This document shows, piece by piece, positions 1 to 54,500 of a stretch of DNA of 64,000 nucleotides. A program made the position numbers and the translations under genes. Source of the DNA: Antedon mediterranea (Eukaryota; Animalia; Echinodermata); assembly GCF_964355755.1 (NCBI RefSeq), contig NC_092674.1:21266001-21330000 (forward strand), written 5' to 3'. The notes under the pieces are model-generated. The model saw only the letters and a list, made by a program, of their open reading frames with translations. It made no database searches and had not been told where the DNA came from. Numbering within the stretch: position 1 is the first letter of the stretch; each line of letters begins with the position of its first letter.

Positions 1-227
1 GGCGTTTTATTTGGCAGGTCATACGTGCGAGTTGAGTAGGACCTACGAAAGAGGCCTAGGCCAAGGACTAAACAATTAATAAACAAAACAACTTGGCATT
101 ACTATTTTATATTTCAACAGTCTCGATCGCACTGGTAGGCCTACTACGAACGTACTCGATCTCTTTCATTTTGAAACAAAATGATCATTGGTTGATTCGA
201 AATCCATATTTACATACCGCCCGCCCC

Positions 228-569
228 ATATAGCCAAATACGGTATGATAACCTACGTCATTCTTATCGTATGTTTGCGGTCTGCAAATCGATTTCTATA
301 CGTGTTTCACAAGTCTGTATTTTCAGACAAAAATCGCGGTCGAAATAAAAACAAATAAATTTTAAAAAAAGATAATACAGACTTGGGGCAAGTCTACATA
401 TAGCCAAATAGTTACGGTATGATAACCTACGTCATTCTTATCTGATGTTTGCGGTCTGCAAATCGATTTCTATACGTGTTTCACAAGTCTGTATTTTCAG
501 ACAAAAATCGCGGTCGAAATAAAAACAAATAAATAGAAAAAAAGATAATACAGACTTGGGGCAAGTCTA
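228..569. repeat. Two-copy ~170-bp direct tandem duplication
   Basis: atatagccaaata..cggtatgataacctacgtcattcttatc...gataatacagacttggggcaagtcta occurs at ~228-396 and ~398-569, nearly identical. Each copy has an internal IR (caagtctgtatt/aatacagacttg) and a terminal mini-hairpin agacttg-ggg-caagtct. Confidence 0.9.
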
Positions 570-1077
570 ACCCTCTAGAGACAACGTGACTTCACGGTGG
601 TACAAGTGAACATTCTTGATCCAAAATCGTTCAACCGTGAGCCCTCATAGACTCTTTTTCTGATATACAAACAAATATCTACCGAACTGTAATTGAAAAG
701 GTTTATTGTGTGAACCGATCAACATAACAACATTGTTTCAGGCCGAACGTAATAACACTTCTGTTTTCGCGGGCTTTCAGGTCCCGTATTATAAATTCCT
801 TTTTAAATTATGACAGACAATAGGCATATGCCCTTATCCCATAATAATAGTAAAGGTGTGTAGAGTTATATACTATTCAAGTAGATTGTTTAAATATTTG
901 AATGTACATTAATACTAATCTGAATCAAAGTGAATTTCAAAGTAAAGTTTTCTCGAAGTAAAGTTCCAATTATAAACTTCTTACTGCCGATACATTTTCT
1001 GTTCGTGAAATGTATGTTACACCATGGTTGCACCTGTTGTATGAGTTAAATAGAAAATAGATAGGGTCCTACTCCAT

Positions 1078-1676
1078 CTATGACGATGCACAAGCACCAC
1101 CTGGGCTTAAACAATATACCAAGGTGGCTTCCACTATTGGACTTCCGAGACATGACAGGCAAGAAATTGGCACATCACACGTGGTACAGACCGGTGTGCA
1201 CTCGCCAGAATACAGGTCCATCAATGCGATACAGCTCAGACATGCTTGCTTTTGCGTGGCACCTTCCAGACTGCTACCGCAGGAATACTCATGCACCTTG
1301 CATGCATTCAGCTTCGACATGGGTATTTGTCCAGAGCAACTGAAATAATACAATGATTTACACTTAAATACAAGCTATTTTACCCCCTTTACCTATGTGA
1401 TTTAATTTCATCATGATCGTGTCCTCTTTGCACAGAGTACAGAATCAGTACAGCTATACATTATTTAACAATTAAGAAAATTAGTGTTTAACTAATAAAT
1501 TGTAACTGTATTGACCTCTGTACATTGCTTTAGTGGTACAACATTATTATTGGAATATCTTGAATTATTTCGGTAAATACTTACACAGGGCCGGTTTTGT
1601 CCGACATCTTTTCTTTACTGTATATGCCATCTATGTTGATAATGCACGTAACAAGTGTGAAGATGATAATGCGCAT
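1078..1676 (-). CDS. Secreted 12-Cys peptide precursor, copy A (2 exons: 1585-1676 and 1078-1339; ~117 aa)
   Basis: Spliced: MRIIIFTLVTCIINIDGIYSKEKMSDKTGPV-CSGQIPMSKLNACKVHEYSCGSSLEGATQKQACLSCIALMDLYSGECTPVCTTCDVPISCLSCLGSPIVEATLVYCLSPGGACASS*. Phase-2 GTAAGT..TTTCAG intron, hydrophobic N-terminus, same intron position and Cys pattern as the copy at 41127-41607. Confidence 0.85.
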
Positions 1677-1755
1677 GTTTGCTGAATACAGGTTGAATAT
1701 GCTTACTACTGTCAATGTGCCTCAAAATAGTTGTGGCAATGAATATACCAGATGC

Positions 1756-1763
1756 TATTTATA
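1756..1763 (-). promoter_or_regulatory. TATA box of peptide gene A
   Basis: TATAAATA on the minus strand about 80 nt upstream of the ATG, similar to the layout of paralog B. Confidence 0.55.
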
Positions 1764-2019
1764 TGAATGTCATGTTCCCATAAAGGTGCTAAAAAGGTTA
1801 ATGTTTAGTCATATGCCGGCGTCACTAATAACTGTAGAGTCTAGCTAAAAAGCATGCATTTTAATTGCATAATTATTATATGTAATTACTTGTTTCATAT
1901 TGGTAGTACTCTTCTATTATACCAACCCACCTCTCCGCATACGTACTGTATTCATCAAAACACATTTGGTTTGAATTCAAACAAAAATGTATAATAATTT
2001 TATTATTTAAAAAAACCAA

Positions 2020-2404
2020 AGACTGTCCATAGTTATTATCTTAAAAACTCAAATTTACTTTATGTTCCTTTTGTAAGACTCAGCAAAAGCCAATTTTTTT
2101 ATTACAGTTCATGGACCTAAATTATGGAAGAGGCCTATCTTAAAAGAGAATCTAAAAAGATGTGAAAATTCAAAAATATTCAGACATCAAATTAAGTTTA
2201 ATTATTTGGAAAATTATCATTCGTAAATGTATTATTATGCCACTTTTACTTAATTTGTATACATTTTTATTTTGTTTTATGTTTTGTTGGGTCTTTCTGA
2301 GACAGGCCTCTAATTCTGATCCAAATTAATGAAATCTTTATTTGTTTATATTGTTTACATTGTTTAAGTTTGCATTAATTGAATAAATGTGAAATGAAAT
2401 GAAA
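2020..2404 (+). mobile_element. 5'-truncated degenerate LINE (CR1/L2 group) 3' end
   Basis: Translates with frameshifts to HSYYLKNSNLLYVPFVRLSKSQF..TVHGPKLW..LKENLKRCENSKIFRHQIK, resembling an ORF2 C-terminus. Followed by an AT-rich UTR, aataaa and a (tgaaa)n tail. Confidence 0.65.
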
Positions 2405-3305
2405 GTATGCTATAATAAACAAAATCAATAGGTATCAACCGCGCATGATAAAAAAAGAAGAAAATGGTCAACAACAAAAAAGAGAAAGAAAGACATTTAC
2501 AACACGATTAAAGAGGTAAAATATTATGTTATAATTATATGTACAAAATGTGTAAAATGTTTATTATATATATATTCGTATATATAATAAAACACACTTA
2601 TGGACCTACTTAATAAGCGTTCTACAGAGAATTCGCTGACTTATCACCAATTGTAGTTCACGTTAACAACTTTCGGCAACAATACTTAATACTACTGTAA
2701 TATTAACTGATGTGGTGTTTGAAGTATTTATCTTGATGTTTCAGAGTGGCTGGTTTAGTAATAATTATACTAATAATGAATAATATCAACTGGTATTCCT
2801 TGAAATACGTATAATGAATTCGACAATTGGGCGACGCAAGGATAGAAGTTTACATATCTAATTAAACTCGTGTCTTGATCAATTCGAATAGTTCGGCAAT
2901 TGGTCTAGTAGGCCTAATATAATTAATTTTAGGAAACGTTACAAAAAACGTTCACACTAAAAGTTCAGTTTAGAGAGAAGTGTGAAAAGGGGTTGTCTTT
3001 CTGTGTTAGGATTGTTTATCTATCTCTGTTTTTGTTTTGTTTTTTTTAAATAATTTTTTGTTGATCTTATTAGCCAAAACATAGTATGAAAAGCACCGTA
3101 AAAATGTTCAGTGACCTCTGTCAAATCTTTTGTAGGAGATGTAGGCCTATATTTGTTTCTTTTTAGTCGAGTTTTAATTGTCCACCGACTGAATCGCTTT
3201 TCGGAAATATCCTCATTGTTCATAAAGTACTCCCTGTCGATCTTCACTCTCGTCTAGCGAAATGAAAACGGCCGGATTACAAGTCTAGTAATATGACACC
3301 AATTG

Positions 3306-44395
<41,090 letters not shown>

Positions 44396-45253
44396 AACTA
44401 TAAGAATTTACGTGATGATAAATGAGTTTTTAAAACTTTGAGAATAAATTAAGCTAGTTTATATTTTCTTAAATTTAAATTTAAATATATATTCACATTT
44501 ATAGATGTAGTTAATGCAATATTCGGTTACAAAACTCAGACATCTAATAGGGGTGGGCCTACAGTACTAGGCGTGGATGTTTAAAGATGTTCAAGATGTG
44601 TTTTAGTGAAAAGCCTTCAATACATAATTATAACATATAAGCAAAAACTCATCTCCTCAAAGAACCTCTACCTAAACAACTACATTAATCGACATGTTAT
44701 CAATAAGGACTAACTATAACATGTTCCAGTACTTAAAATAGTAAGACCAGACAAACAACGGAGACGAAGAAAGCATGAAATAAAAATGACACATGACCGA
44801 TAGTAAAGTTGACTGTAAAATAATTATGACGGTATTTTATCTCTGACCTATGTCACGAGACATGCTTTCCTTCAATGGTTTTTGTATTAATAACATATTT
44901 AATATGAATAGTAGTATTCCTTACAATGAGCATACATAATTTATGTAGACTTTTTCGATTTACACAATATGCAAATCTTTGTTTTAAAATAATACTAACA
45001 TCAATTAGATTTGTTTGACGAAAAACGAGTAAGATCAACATTATAAAAGATCAAAATGAAAAAATAACATTTCACAAGTAAAAATTAACACGGTAATAAT
45101 ACAATTGCAAATGCTTTAACAATTACAAGCCCACTCTGATAAGGTAATTGCGTCTTTCTTCCAAAGTTTGCCAAACATTTTCTAATATTCAAAATAATTG
45201 GATCAGAAAAACATTTAATCTTCATAAAACTAAATAAAATTCAACACACTTAC

Positions 45254-45312
45254 CTTGATCTGTTACGCTGACTGTGGTCGTAGTTGTATGTAGTATGAAT
45301 CATTACTGAAGC
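45254..45312 (-). other. Candidate 5' non-coding first exon of the ABCC gene
   Basis: Strong AAG|GTAAGT donor at 45253-45248 and an Inr-like TCAGT near 45308. The exon at 44256-44397 starts with an acceptor 2 nt before its ATG, so an upstream exon is implied. Confidence 0.35.
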
Positions 45313-46639
45313 AATACCTACCCGTTTCTATGCAGACCTACCCGTTTATTTCATATATTTATTAGTCCTAGATTAAACGTCGTTTGTGACTAAAGAAAAT
45401 ATAGTTCTCAATTGATTGAACTTTGTTCCCAATTGTACATTATATAATATATGAATTCATTATAAAATTTTGATCACAACACCAATATTTATGTTTGTAA
45501 GCTGTAATGTGCGGTACACCATTTTAATGTAACGTAATAGTTATTACTTCGACCAAAAATTGAATCAAAAACAAAATTACCTGAAAAAATGTAATTTAAA
45601 AAAATTATCAAATTGACTGAAAGTCAATGGGTTTTTGAAAAATTAACTAATTATTTGATCAATGCTTTAATTAATTGTTAATTAACTGTTTATGTTGTCG
45701 TTTTCTACGGAAGTGATTAACTTTATTAAAACTGCGAAATGGCCTATTTAAATTTTTTTTTTTTTATTAATCTTCATTTAAACTTTTGAAAATAATTGTA
45801 TTGTCCCATTCAACTCAAAAGACTAAATATTTGCAGGCATATAATAATTGTCTTCGATTAATTGTGTCCAAATAATTTGTTTAAGGTTGAGAAAAATCAA
45901 ATTCCTACTCAGAAGTCCAGTAACTTGCTGTTCACACACTGAGATTGGAAAAAAACACGCTGAGCAAACTCACAGGAAACTTGATCAAACTGCAAACTAA
46001 ACTGCACGGTTTTTTCGTCTTTTGTAAACTAAAGTTTGCTAGTGTATAATTTAATTCTTTTTGTAGCTGTACACCAAGTACCTGTTTTTCATCTTTTCTG
46101 GCTTTAAATGTTATCTTCTTGCACTTTCTGTTATTTAAAGTCTTACTTTAACGAAAAATATAAGATTTGTTTATACCTCTGTGCAAATATTTTAAAAGAA
46201 TCAAACTATTACAAAAATATTGTTTTCTCTATCATATAGTGATATTCTGTGATGTTAAAAGCATATTTCACTCATTCGTAAAATCTAATAATTATACATT
46301 ACATTTGATGGTTTCTGTAATACACCTATCACTTATAATTATTATATTTCTTAGATAAAGTTGAAACCAATAAATATTTACGTTTGTAATAAAACTATGT
46401 TCGTATACAGGGACTTCCACCTAAAGTAAATCTTTCGTTTATATTAAATTCAGTCATAAATTTATATTATTTACAATAAATTATTTTGTCGTTTCTGTAC
46501 TATTCTAATTTTAATATTCTGTTGAATGTCATTTAAAAATGCTTCCTGTTTACATCTTAAATAAAAAGAAAAGAAGCTATAAAATATAGTTAAGCTTGGT
46601 TCCCACTTTAGTAACACATAATATACGATATTATCTTAT

Positions 46640-47400
46640 TTATTTCCCTAATGCTCACTCTCACCGGGGAGACATCCCGTAAAATTGGACAGATGCACCT
46701 ATCCCCAGTTTTTGAAATAGGAGCGAGATCTAGTAGCGATATTATTGTAGAAGACCGTATTACTTACTATAGTATTTGGGTAGTGAAAATCATTGAACGT
46801 TTGATCCTCGAATGCTTGCCCTATTATTCATTTAAACAATAACATTTAATAACCAAAATCGTTTCCAGAAAGGAAATCTTCCACAATTGTTGAAATGTTA
46901 GTAGATTGCAAGAGCTTCCCAAGAAAATTAAGATATTGCTTTTTTTATAAAGTGAACGACATACCCGAATCTATTCCCAAAATGTTTGCTGATGATTAAA
47001 ATATTTACAATTCGATGAAATCACAAGACTGTTTGCAGCTGCAATGGCTTCTCAAGTTCGACTCACATGTGTATTTCTTCGCTTCCATGCTTTCTTTGAA
47101 TACGCGGCGCTTACACATTAAATGGATCTGATCTCTCAGAATGAACACAAATACCTTAGCAACAGCATAAATCCCGCATGTGTCCATATCAACAAACTAT
47201 GTAATACATCCTTTCAGCTAATATGAATGATCAAGTGATGTTTTACCAATACATAAGAATATGTATCAATAATGTCAAGATCAATACAACATTTACTTGG
47301 GCATGGATTCGTTGTATGGAATCAGAACATTAAAAAAGATGTAAAGAACAAATCTTCGTTTAACGAATGTTGAAGAAACTTTGCTATTCTTTCTCGTGAT
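46640..47400 (+). mobile_element. Highly degenerate CR1-group reverse transcriptase remnant
   Basis: Broken motifs: SLTGETSR..WTDA.LSPVFEIGARS (GxIPxxWKxAxxxPIFKKG-like), RITY..VKIIERLI (RPISLTS..KILERII-like), VNDIPESIPKMFADD. The right boundary is approximate. Confidence 0.55.
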
Positions 47401-48379
47401 TAAAAAAAATGTCATAATAATGTCATTGGTATCATTCTAAGATTTGAAACACAGCACCGACTTGTTAGACTGAGGAACCTCCTCCCTCCTCCCTCCCCCC
47501 TGGATTAAGGGTCAAGAACTAATGTATTAAAGTAAGCATCAAGTAACATTGTTCAGCTGTTCAATTTAATACATACAATACATTGAAAGCAACATATCAT
47601 GTGGTTATTACATTACATTATTACATTTATTTAAACGAAAAAAATTAAATTAAAAGCATCGTACGGGTTCATTCGTTGCTAAGTGTGATTTTGTTATACA
47701 GTAGTAGTTACTATTTCAAATAATCATAGATCAGCCCACGGAATACTAAACAAATATTTATATATCGTAGTCAATCCAAAAAGGAAACCAGTTGTCTGAC
47801 ACAGAAAGGTTTGTTTTTTTTTTCAGATTAAAAATAAAATGTTTGCATTCTAAAATATTTTAATGTGTATGCTAAACAAATCATTGGACCAAATTTATCA
47901 CCTGATAACATTCAGAAAATATAGTTATTGAAGTATATTTTTTATATCAGTTATCTTACAAAAATAGAAAATGACTAAAATAGTGTTTTTTGTAATGACA
48001 GGCACTAAATAAAGCAATTATTCTTCTCAGAAGACTAGGTACAGTAATATATACTTCTGACAAGTAACTAAATAACCTTTTTTATGTCGCTTACTTTGCA
48101 GTGCATCTTAATACTGTAATTACAAACTCTTGTAAAATTGCCTAATAGACAACTACTATAAATAATAATAAGCATGGAATTTTAAGCTGTAGTATTTTCG
48201 AATCGTGGCAGTTGTACAATTAGCAGCTTTAGTAGTTGTGGTAGCAGTAGTAATACAGTAGTGGTGTTGTAGAATATATTTTAATTTTATCATGCATCCA
48301 AAAGAAAATTTAATTTCTTATTTAAAAAAAACCCCCAAACAATGATGTGGTTAGTGGTAATTGTTGTACTGTATACACA

Positions 48380-49045
48380 TTAGTGGTCTTGGAGTCAGTT
48401 GTAATCAAGAAGGGGCAGCTGTATCTATAACCAATGACCAACTACCAAGAAAAAGCAAGCCACTACCATAACTAATTCAAGGCCAGAGCAAGTATTTTAA
48501 CCAATGGCCAGTTGTATCAATGACCAAGCAAAAGCAAGATCCATTACGAAAACTAATTTTTGTATACCGATAGTGGTCAAGCCAAAGGTAGTTCTAATGA
48601 AGGGCCAGTTGTATCAATGACTAACTACCAACCAAATGCAAGATCCACTACGATTACGGATTGTTGTCTACCGATAGTGGTCAAGCCAAAGCTAGTTCTA
48701 ATCAAGGGCCAGTTGTATCAATGACTAACTACCAACCAAATGCAAGATCCACTACGATTACTGATTGTTGTCTACCGATAGTGGTCAAGCCAAAGCTAGT
48801 TCTAATCAAGGGCCAGTTGTATCAATGACTAACTACCAACCAAATGCAAGATCCACTACGATTACCGATTGTTGTCTACCGATAGTGGTCAAGCCAAAGC
48901 TAGTTCTAATCAAGGGCCAGTTGTATCAATGACTAACTACCAACCAAATGCAAGATCCACTACGATTACTGATTGTTGTCTACCGATAGTGGTCAAGCCA
49001 AAGCTAGTTCTAATCAAGGGACAGTGGTATCTATGTCCAAGCAAA
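48380..49045. repeat. 104-bp minisatellite, ~4.5 near-identical copies plus degenerate flanking copies
   Basis: gatagtggtcaagccaaag recurs at 48569, 48673, 48777, 48881 and 48985. Confidence 0.93.
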
Positions 49046-49146
49046 GCAAGTTCCTCTACGAATCTATTGCAGGAGATAACTTAGTGGTTGACAGTATTAG
49101 CAAAATCATATTTTGTATATTGTATTTTTTATAAACATGTTAAGTT

Positions 49147-50388
49147 AATGAATACATTAATTACTCTACCATACATTCCTAATTTTATGCAATTAATTTC
49201 ACACACTGAAATAATTAATCATAATTTAGAAAATAAAGCAGTACATTAACTTTCAATAAAACAAGTTTTAAATTAATCTCTCATGTTAAGCATTAATTTT
49301 TGTTATAGTTGATTCATAAACAATCAATACTTGAAAAGTTATAATAAAAAATTATTTTCTTTACCATAATAATATAATATAAAAAAACATACATACACTT
49401 TTTGCAGCAATATTAATAAAGTTTTAAAGAATGTTTATGTTTTATTGTAAGCAATGTCTTCAGCCCAAGATTTGAACATGTGATCCTGCAATTTATAAGC
49501 AAGTGTTTAAACCACCAAGCCACAAAACCATTACGGAGAATGCCCAATGAGAGTTCAAATTAAACGTATTAAGCTGTATAGGTGGGCTGTTTGTATTTTT
49601 TTTTGTATTTTGTATTAATATTTGTCCTCAGTGAGGAAATTAGGATTAGGCCCTCCACGGACCCACGGCAGCCAGCAGTGCAGCGCCTACCAGATTAGGC
49701 AATGAGAGTAAAGTATCTTGTCTAAGGATGCAATTAGTATGGTACAGATAACCTCGAACCCATGCCTATCACATGCTAGTCCGATATTACCATTACACCA
49801 TCACTCTCCAGTATATACAGCACCCGCCACAATTTCTAGACGGTCTCCCATCCAGAACGCAACCGGGCCCAACGTTGCTTAACTTCGGTGATCTGACGAG
49901 AAGCGGTGTTTCAACGCAACGCAGTTGGAACAGCTAATGAATACATTAATTACTCTACTATACATTCCTAATTTTATGCAATTAATTTCACACACTGAAA
50001 TAATTAATCATAATTTAGAAAATAAAGCAGTACATTAACTTTCAATAAAACAAGTTTTAAATTAATCTCTGTTAATTAATTTTTGTTATAGTTGATTCTT
50101 AAACAATCAATACTTGAAAAAGTTATAATAAAAAATTATTTTCTTTACCATAATAATATAATATAAAAAAACATACATACACTTTTTGCAGCAATATTAA
50201 TGATATCGTAAAGTTTTAAAGAATGTTTATGTTTTATTTTAAGCAATGTCTTCAGTTCAAGATTTGAACATGTGATCCTGCAATTTATAAACAAGTGTTT
50301 AAACCACCAAGCCACAAAACCATTACGGAAAATTCCCAATGAGAGTTCAAATTAAACGTATTAAGCTGTATAGGTGGGCTGTTGGAAC
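49147..50388. repeat. ~450-bp tandem duplication (49147-49591 and 49935-50388), first copy followed by a SINE
   Basis: taatgaatacattaattactctac...aagctgtataggtgggctgtt is present twice with scattered substitutions and small indels. Confidence 0.92.
49592..49923 (-). mobile_element. Composite SINE: 5S rRNA-derived head, tRNA-like segment, CORE-like domain, A-rich tail
   Basis: Minus strand gttgaaacaccgcttctcgtcagatcaccgaagttaagcaacgttgggcccggttgcgttctggatgggagaccg is 5S rRNA-like. It is followed by tggtgtaatggta...gggttcgagg (A/B boxes), tgcatccttagacaagatacttta, and an (aatacaaa)-type tail. Confidence 0.8.
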
Positions 50389-51512
50389 AACAAAGTTAAA
50401 GGCACAATCTCAATCAAAACAAAAAAAAAAGAATAAAAAATGGAATGAAGTTTATCATAGCAAATAGAAATTTAAAAAATAAATAAAATACAAACGAACA
50501 CTTCTTAAATATTACACTTGTTAGTTCATTAACTAAAATTGCTAATTACAATTAAAATAATTACATTTTTATCTCTTCATTATCTTAAAAAGCTAGCTAT
50601 GTGGAATTATTAGTAAGCTTTTGTTTCATGAGGGTAGATCTAAAGGGATGAACTACAGTTCAATAATGAACGTTGTATTTACTAGTAGATATATATGCAT
50701 GCACATATTTCCTGAAGCGAAAGTTCACTATTATTTGTATTATGGTAGGTACAGTAGATGATACTTTACTAGAATATTGTAGCATGTCAACTCAATTGTT
50801 ATGGCTAATATGCTTCAATTTAAAACATTTATTCAAAGGGTTTTTAATTCCTGCTGTACAAATACACTACCATACTCGCACGAATGAGCACCTGGGCGTT
50901 CATACCATTTTTTGGCATTTCATAGTATTCATTGTATCAGGGTATTTTTTAAACAAATGTTAATAATCAGGATTGTGTTTTGATATGAAAAACGCAGATA
51001 TGCGACTATATACATTATCTATTGATCTAAAGTTGACATACATTTTCCACTTGCAAATGTATTCTAATTTCGTGCGAGTACGGTAGGTGATTGACCGCTG
51101 GCTGTTTCAGATGCGACTTTGTACAATTTGAACTCAATAAACAACTTTCTGGCTTTGGCATAACTATCTGGATTATCCTAATCAGTGTGGTTACCAATGT
51201 AAACATGTTTAAACATAGTCTTTGGTAATTCCTGTATACAAATCCTTACAAACCATAGACAATCATTCATAGTACATTTAACATACATATTGGTTGCATA
51301 TTCTGTAGTATTTTCACACGTCAAATCCAAAACTGGCGCAGAATGTGGCCGAGACTCGTGCAGCTATTTAAGAATCCTCGTGATGTACTATATGCTGCTT
51401 TTGTTAATGTAGTGTTTTTTACACCCACGCTAATTCTTTTTTACTTTCTCTAGATGAATACATGATGTAATTAATCTATTAAAATTATTTTAGTATGTCA
51501 GTGAAAATGTGT

Positions 51513-54500
51513 TCATTCTGTGACCTGTAACGCTTCTGCTAAGGCCGTTTGCTGCTCTGTTGACAGCTGTGATAAACAATTATTCCAGACTACCTCGTTA
51601 CTCTATAAATAAAAGCAGAATACAATCTAGTATACAACAGATACTGTGCTGAATTATGAACACAATACCTATTTAAATTTCAATTACTTATATTTTTCAC
51701 GATAAATTTGAACTTGAATCGTAGGTCAATTGTAAAAAAAAATACTTTGATGGACCTAGTAGCGGGTTAATCTGAGTACTTGTATAAAATCAGAGAAAGA
51801 CAGATGAGAGACAGCCTGAATTAGCTAGTGTTATATCTACAATAATAATTATGGTTGAAATATCTCTATACAAATTTTCATTATTGACTATATTCACTGC
51901 CAGTTCATTGCTCTGGTAACACTCATCTACTTCAGGCTTTTAATAGTATTAAATAATTTTAATTTACCTGAATGTGTCTGACAATTTCAACACAGCGCTT
52001 GAAAGTTTCTTTATCTTCAGATAGTGCATCTTTGGAAAAAGTTTCGGACAGAATCAGCAAGATGCGTGGCAGGTTTGAATTGTTCTCTCCAAGGACAACA
52101 GGATGGTTACTAAAAATAAATATTTCAATAGTTCAAAATTAAAACGGAATTTTAAAAACATAGTTTTGTATCATTCACAACACATTAAATAAGGAAAAAC
52201 AGATAACATTGAACTTACGATTCCACAAGACTGCATAGGTATTGGTACACATGGACTGCTTCTTCTTTATCTTCCGTAAGTGGCAGCCATACTAACCAGT
52301 TTGGTAGGATTTCCATTGAGTTGATATTGCTATGATTTGCTTGCAAGATCTTTGCAACAGCGGCTATTGCGTTTTCAGTGGCACTAATGTTCTCTGGGGC
52401 TCGGGAGTTCTCGGCTGTGATCATTGTGGACAGTAGCGGAATGGCTTCTGTTGAGGTAAAAGGATACAAATAATTAATACTAGCTGAAACAGATTTAAAT
52501 TTGTCATCACAGGTTCTTTAGACCTTCGAAGCCAACATACCTAAACAAGCATCAGCATACTCGGGTCCACCACATTTACCCATAATGCCACATCCGTAAG
52601 CACAAGCTTGTCGCACTTCTGGACTTTTGTCTAGTAAGAGTTCTAACAGGTGCCTCAGGAAATATGACTGGTACTTTAAGGATTGCTAAAAAATAAGGCA
52701 ATTGAAAAAAAAAAAATTTAACACAAACTGGTAATAAATTGAGTAATGCATTATAATAATTATTGTTTAATTAGTAATACAGTATTGTGTGTATATGAAT
52801 TTGGTAGGTATTTCAAGTAAAACAATTAATGTCCAAGGTTTTTATATTTTATAGAGGGCATTTATTTTAAATGATGTTCCTTGGGTGGCATTTATCAAAA
52901 TAAATACAGTACTTTATTTAAAACTTTTTGAATTAAAAATTTCCCAAATAAGCAACAGGTGTACCACTTACCGATCCACAGAATTCAATAATGTCATCAA
53001 ATATACATATCGCCCATTGGCGGTCTGTCCATGGTCGGCCAGGTTCCAGTAGCTTGGCAACATTCGGTAAAACGACCTCAAAGAATGGCAGTGAATCTGT
53101 GCCATGTGTTCCAATAAAGGAATGAAGAATATCAGAGATCTTGCTCAAGACGTATACGTCATCATCATCCTGCAATAAAACAGTTTGACAAAAAAAAGTG
53201 TGATGTGTCCAAATACGGGAGTGATATGCTTAAATATGGTAGTGATATGACATCACCATGTCCATATGATGATGAGATGTATGCTCCTTTACCTCATCTT
53301 GTAGTCCTTCTTCTACTATATCATCATAATCTTCATCTTTTCTTTGCTCTAAAAAATAATTAAAATATTTATTGGTATGTACCCTCCTTTAATCAACAGA
53401 ATTTGAAATTTAAAAAAGTTAATAACACACCTAGAGTAGGTTCTAGAAAATTCATAAAAAGAAAAACATTTTGGCACAAATGGCGCATTGTGCTCTCTTC
53501 CAAGTTCCTGCCAATTCTGGGGAGAACACTGATGGCATGTCCTGTTGATACAATTTTGTACCAAACAACATAATTAAGGGGTTAACAGAATTACCTTGTC
53601 TTTCTTGTTGTCGTTTGAAATGATGCTCAAATAACTCATTGATTGCTTTCATTAGTTCTTCAATCTGCTGTTGATTCATACAGCCTTTGCCAAGAAATTC
53701 TATGCACTGAAAAATAAAGAAAAGCAAATCAGGACAACAAAAAAACAATAATGTTGGTTCAGGGATGTCACCACGGTGGTCGGCGATGGACGGGCCCGTC
53801 CACCACTCGGAATTTCCGACCACCATTTTCATGACACCGACCACCACTATATTTACACATGTAGATCGTAGCCTATTGTTCGTAACTTTTTGGGGGGAGG
53901 GGGAATCGCCGACCACCACTCATGACATGCTGGTGACATCCCTGTTGGTTCCAAGCCATGTATTTAAAATGTTCCATTTTACATATCTGGCTCGTGATAA
54001 CTTTAAAGAACCCTGTACAGTCAGATGACAAATTGCAAAACGTTTCCTACTTTCTAGGAGCTTTATCCGATATTAATCTATATTGTTTTGACAACATTTG
54101 TAACACGACTACAGTGCTGATTTTGCCATTTTCCCCTAACTATGTGCAGAGTAGGGCATTACCATTTTGGCCCGTAGAAGATGGGAGATTAAAGTTGTTA
54201 TACGAAATCTAGCATACTGCACTTTGAGATGGTTGTTACTGCATAAAGCGCATTACAAATACACATCTATTATTATATACATTACCTTTGCAAATGAATC
54301 CATATGCTGTTGAAGTATATCTACCTCTGGTTCAGTTTGAATAGCTTGCATTATGTTGGGGTAGATATACTGCCACATCTCATTTAAGTATTCCTCGCCT
54401 TTGATTTTAGCACACTCTAAAAGAACAGGTAGGGACTCTGCAGCTGTGTATCTAACTAGTGTGATAGTTAAGCAAAATTAAGTTTTCATTTTTACACATA

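Noticed and set aside
560-660. Possible remnant of a paralogous ABCC exon downstream of peptide gene A (minus strand tcacggttgaacgattttggatcaagaatgtt vs RLQQLWDQDC)
   Set aside because: The position is suggestive, but it needs two 1-bp deletions over ~40 nt and the similarity does not extend. Too weak without alignment statistics or sequence left of the window.
1080-1348. Plus-strand ORFs 1080-1343 and 1124-1348 (and 41074-41340)
   Set aside because: These are antisense shadows of the Cys-rich peptide exons; conservation between paralogs follows the minus-strand frame.
2990-3290. Possible Helitron-like insertion ending caagtctagt just past the ABCC stop codon
   Set aside because: No convincing terminal hairpin, 5' end or second copy in the window.
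48869-49084. ORF in the 104-bp minisatellite
   Set aside because: The unit length is not a multiple of three, so the frame shifts with each copy, and there is no splice or homology support.
49817-49923. Functional 5S rRNA gene
   Set aside because: 5'-truncated, diverged, lacks a T-run terminator, and is fused to a SINE body and tail.
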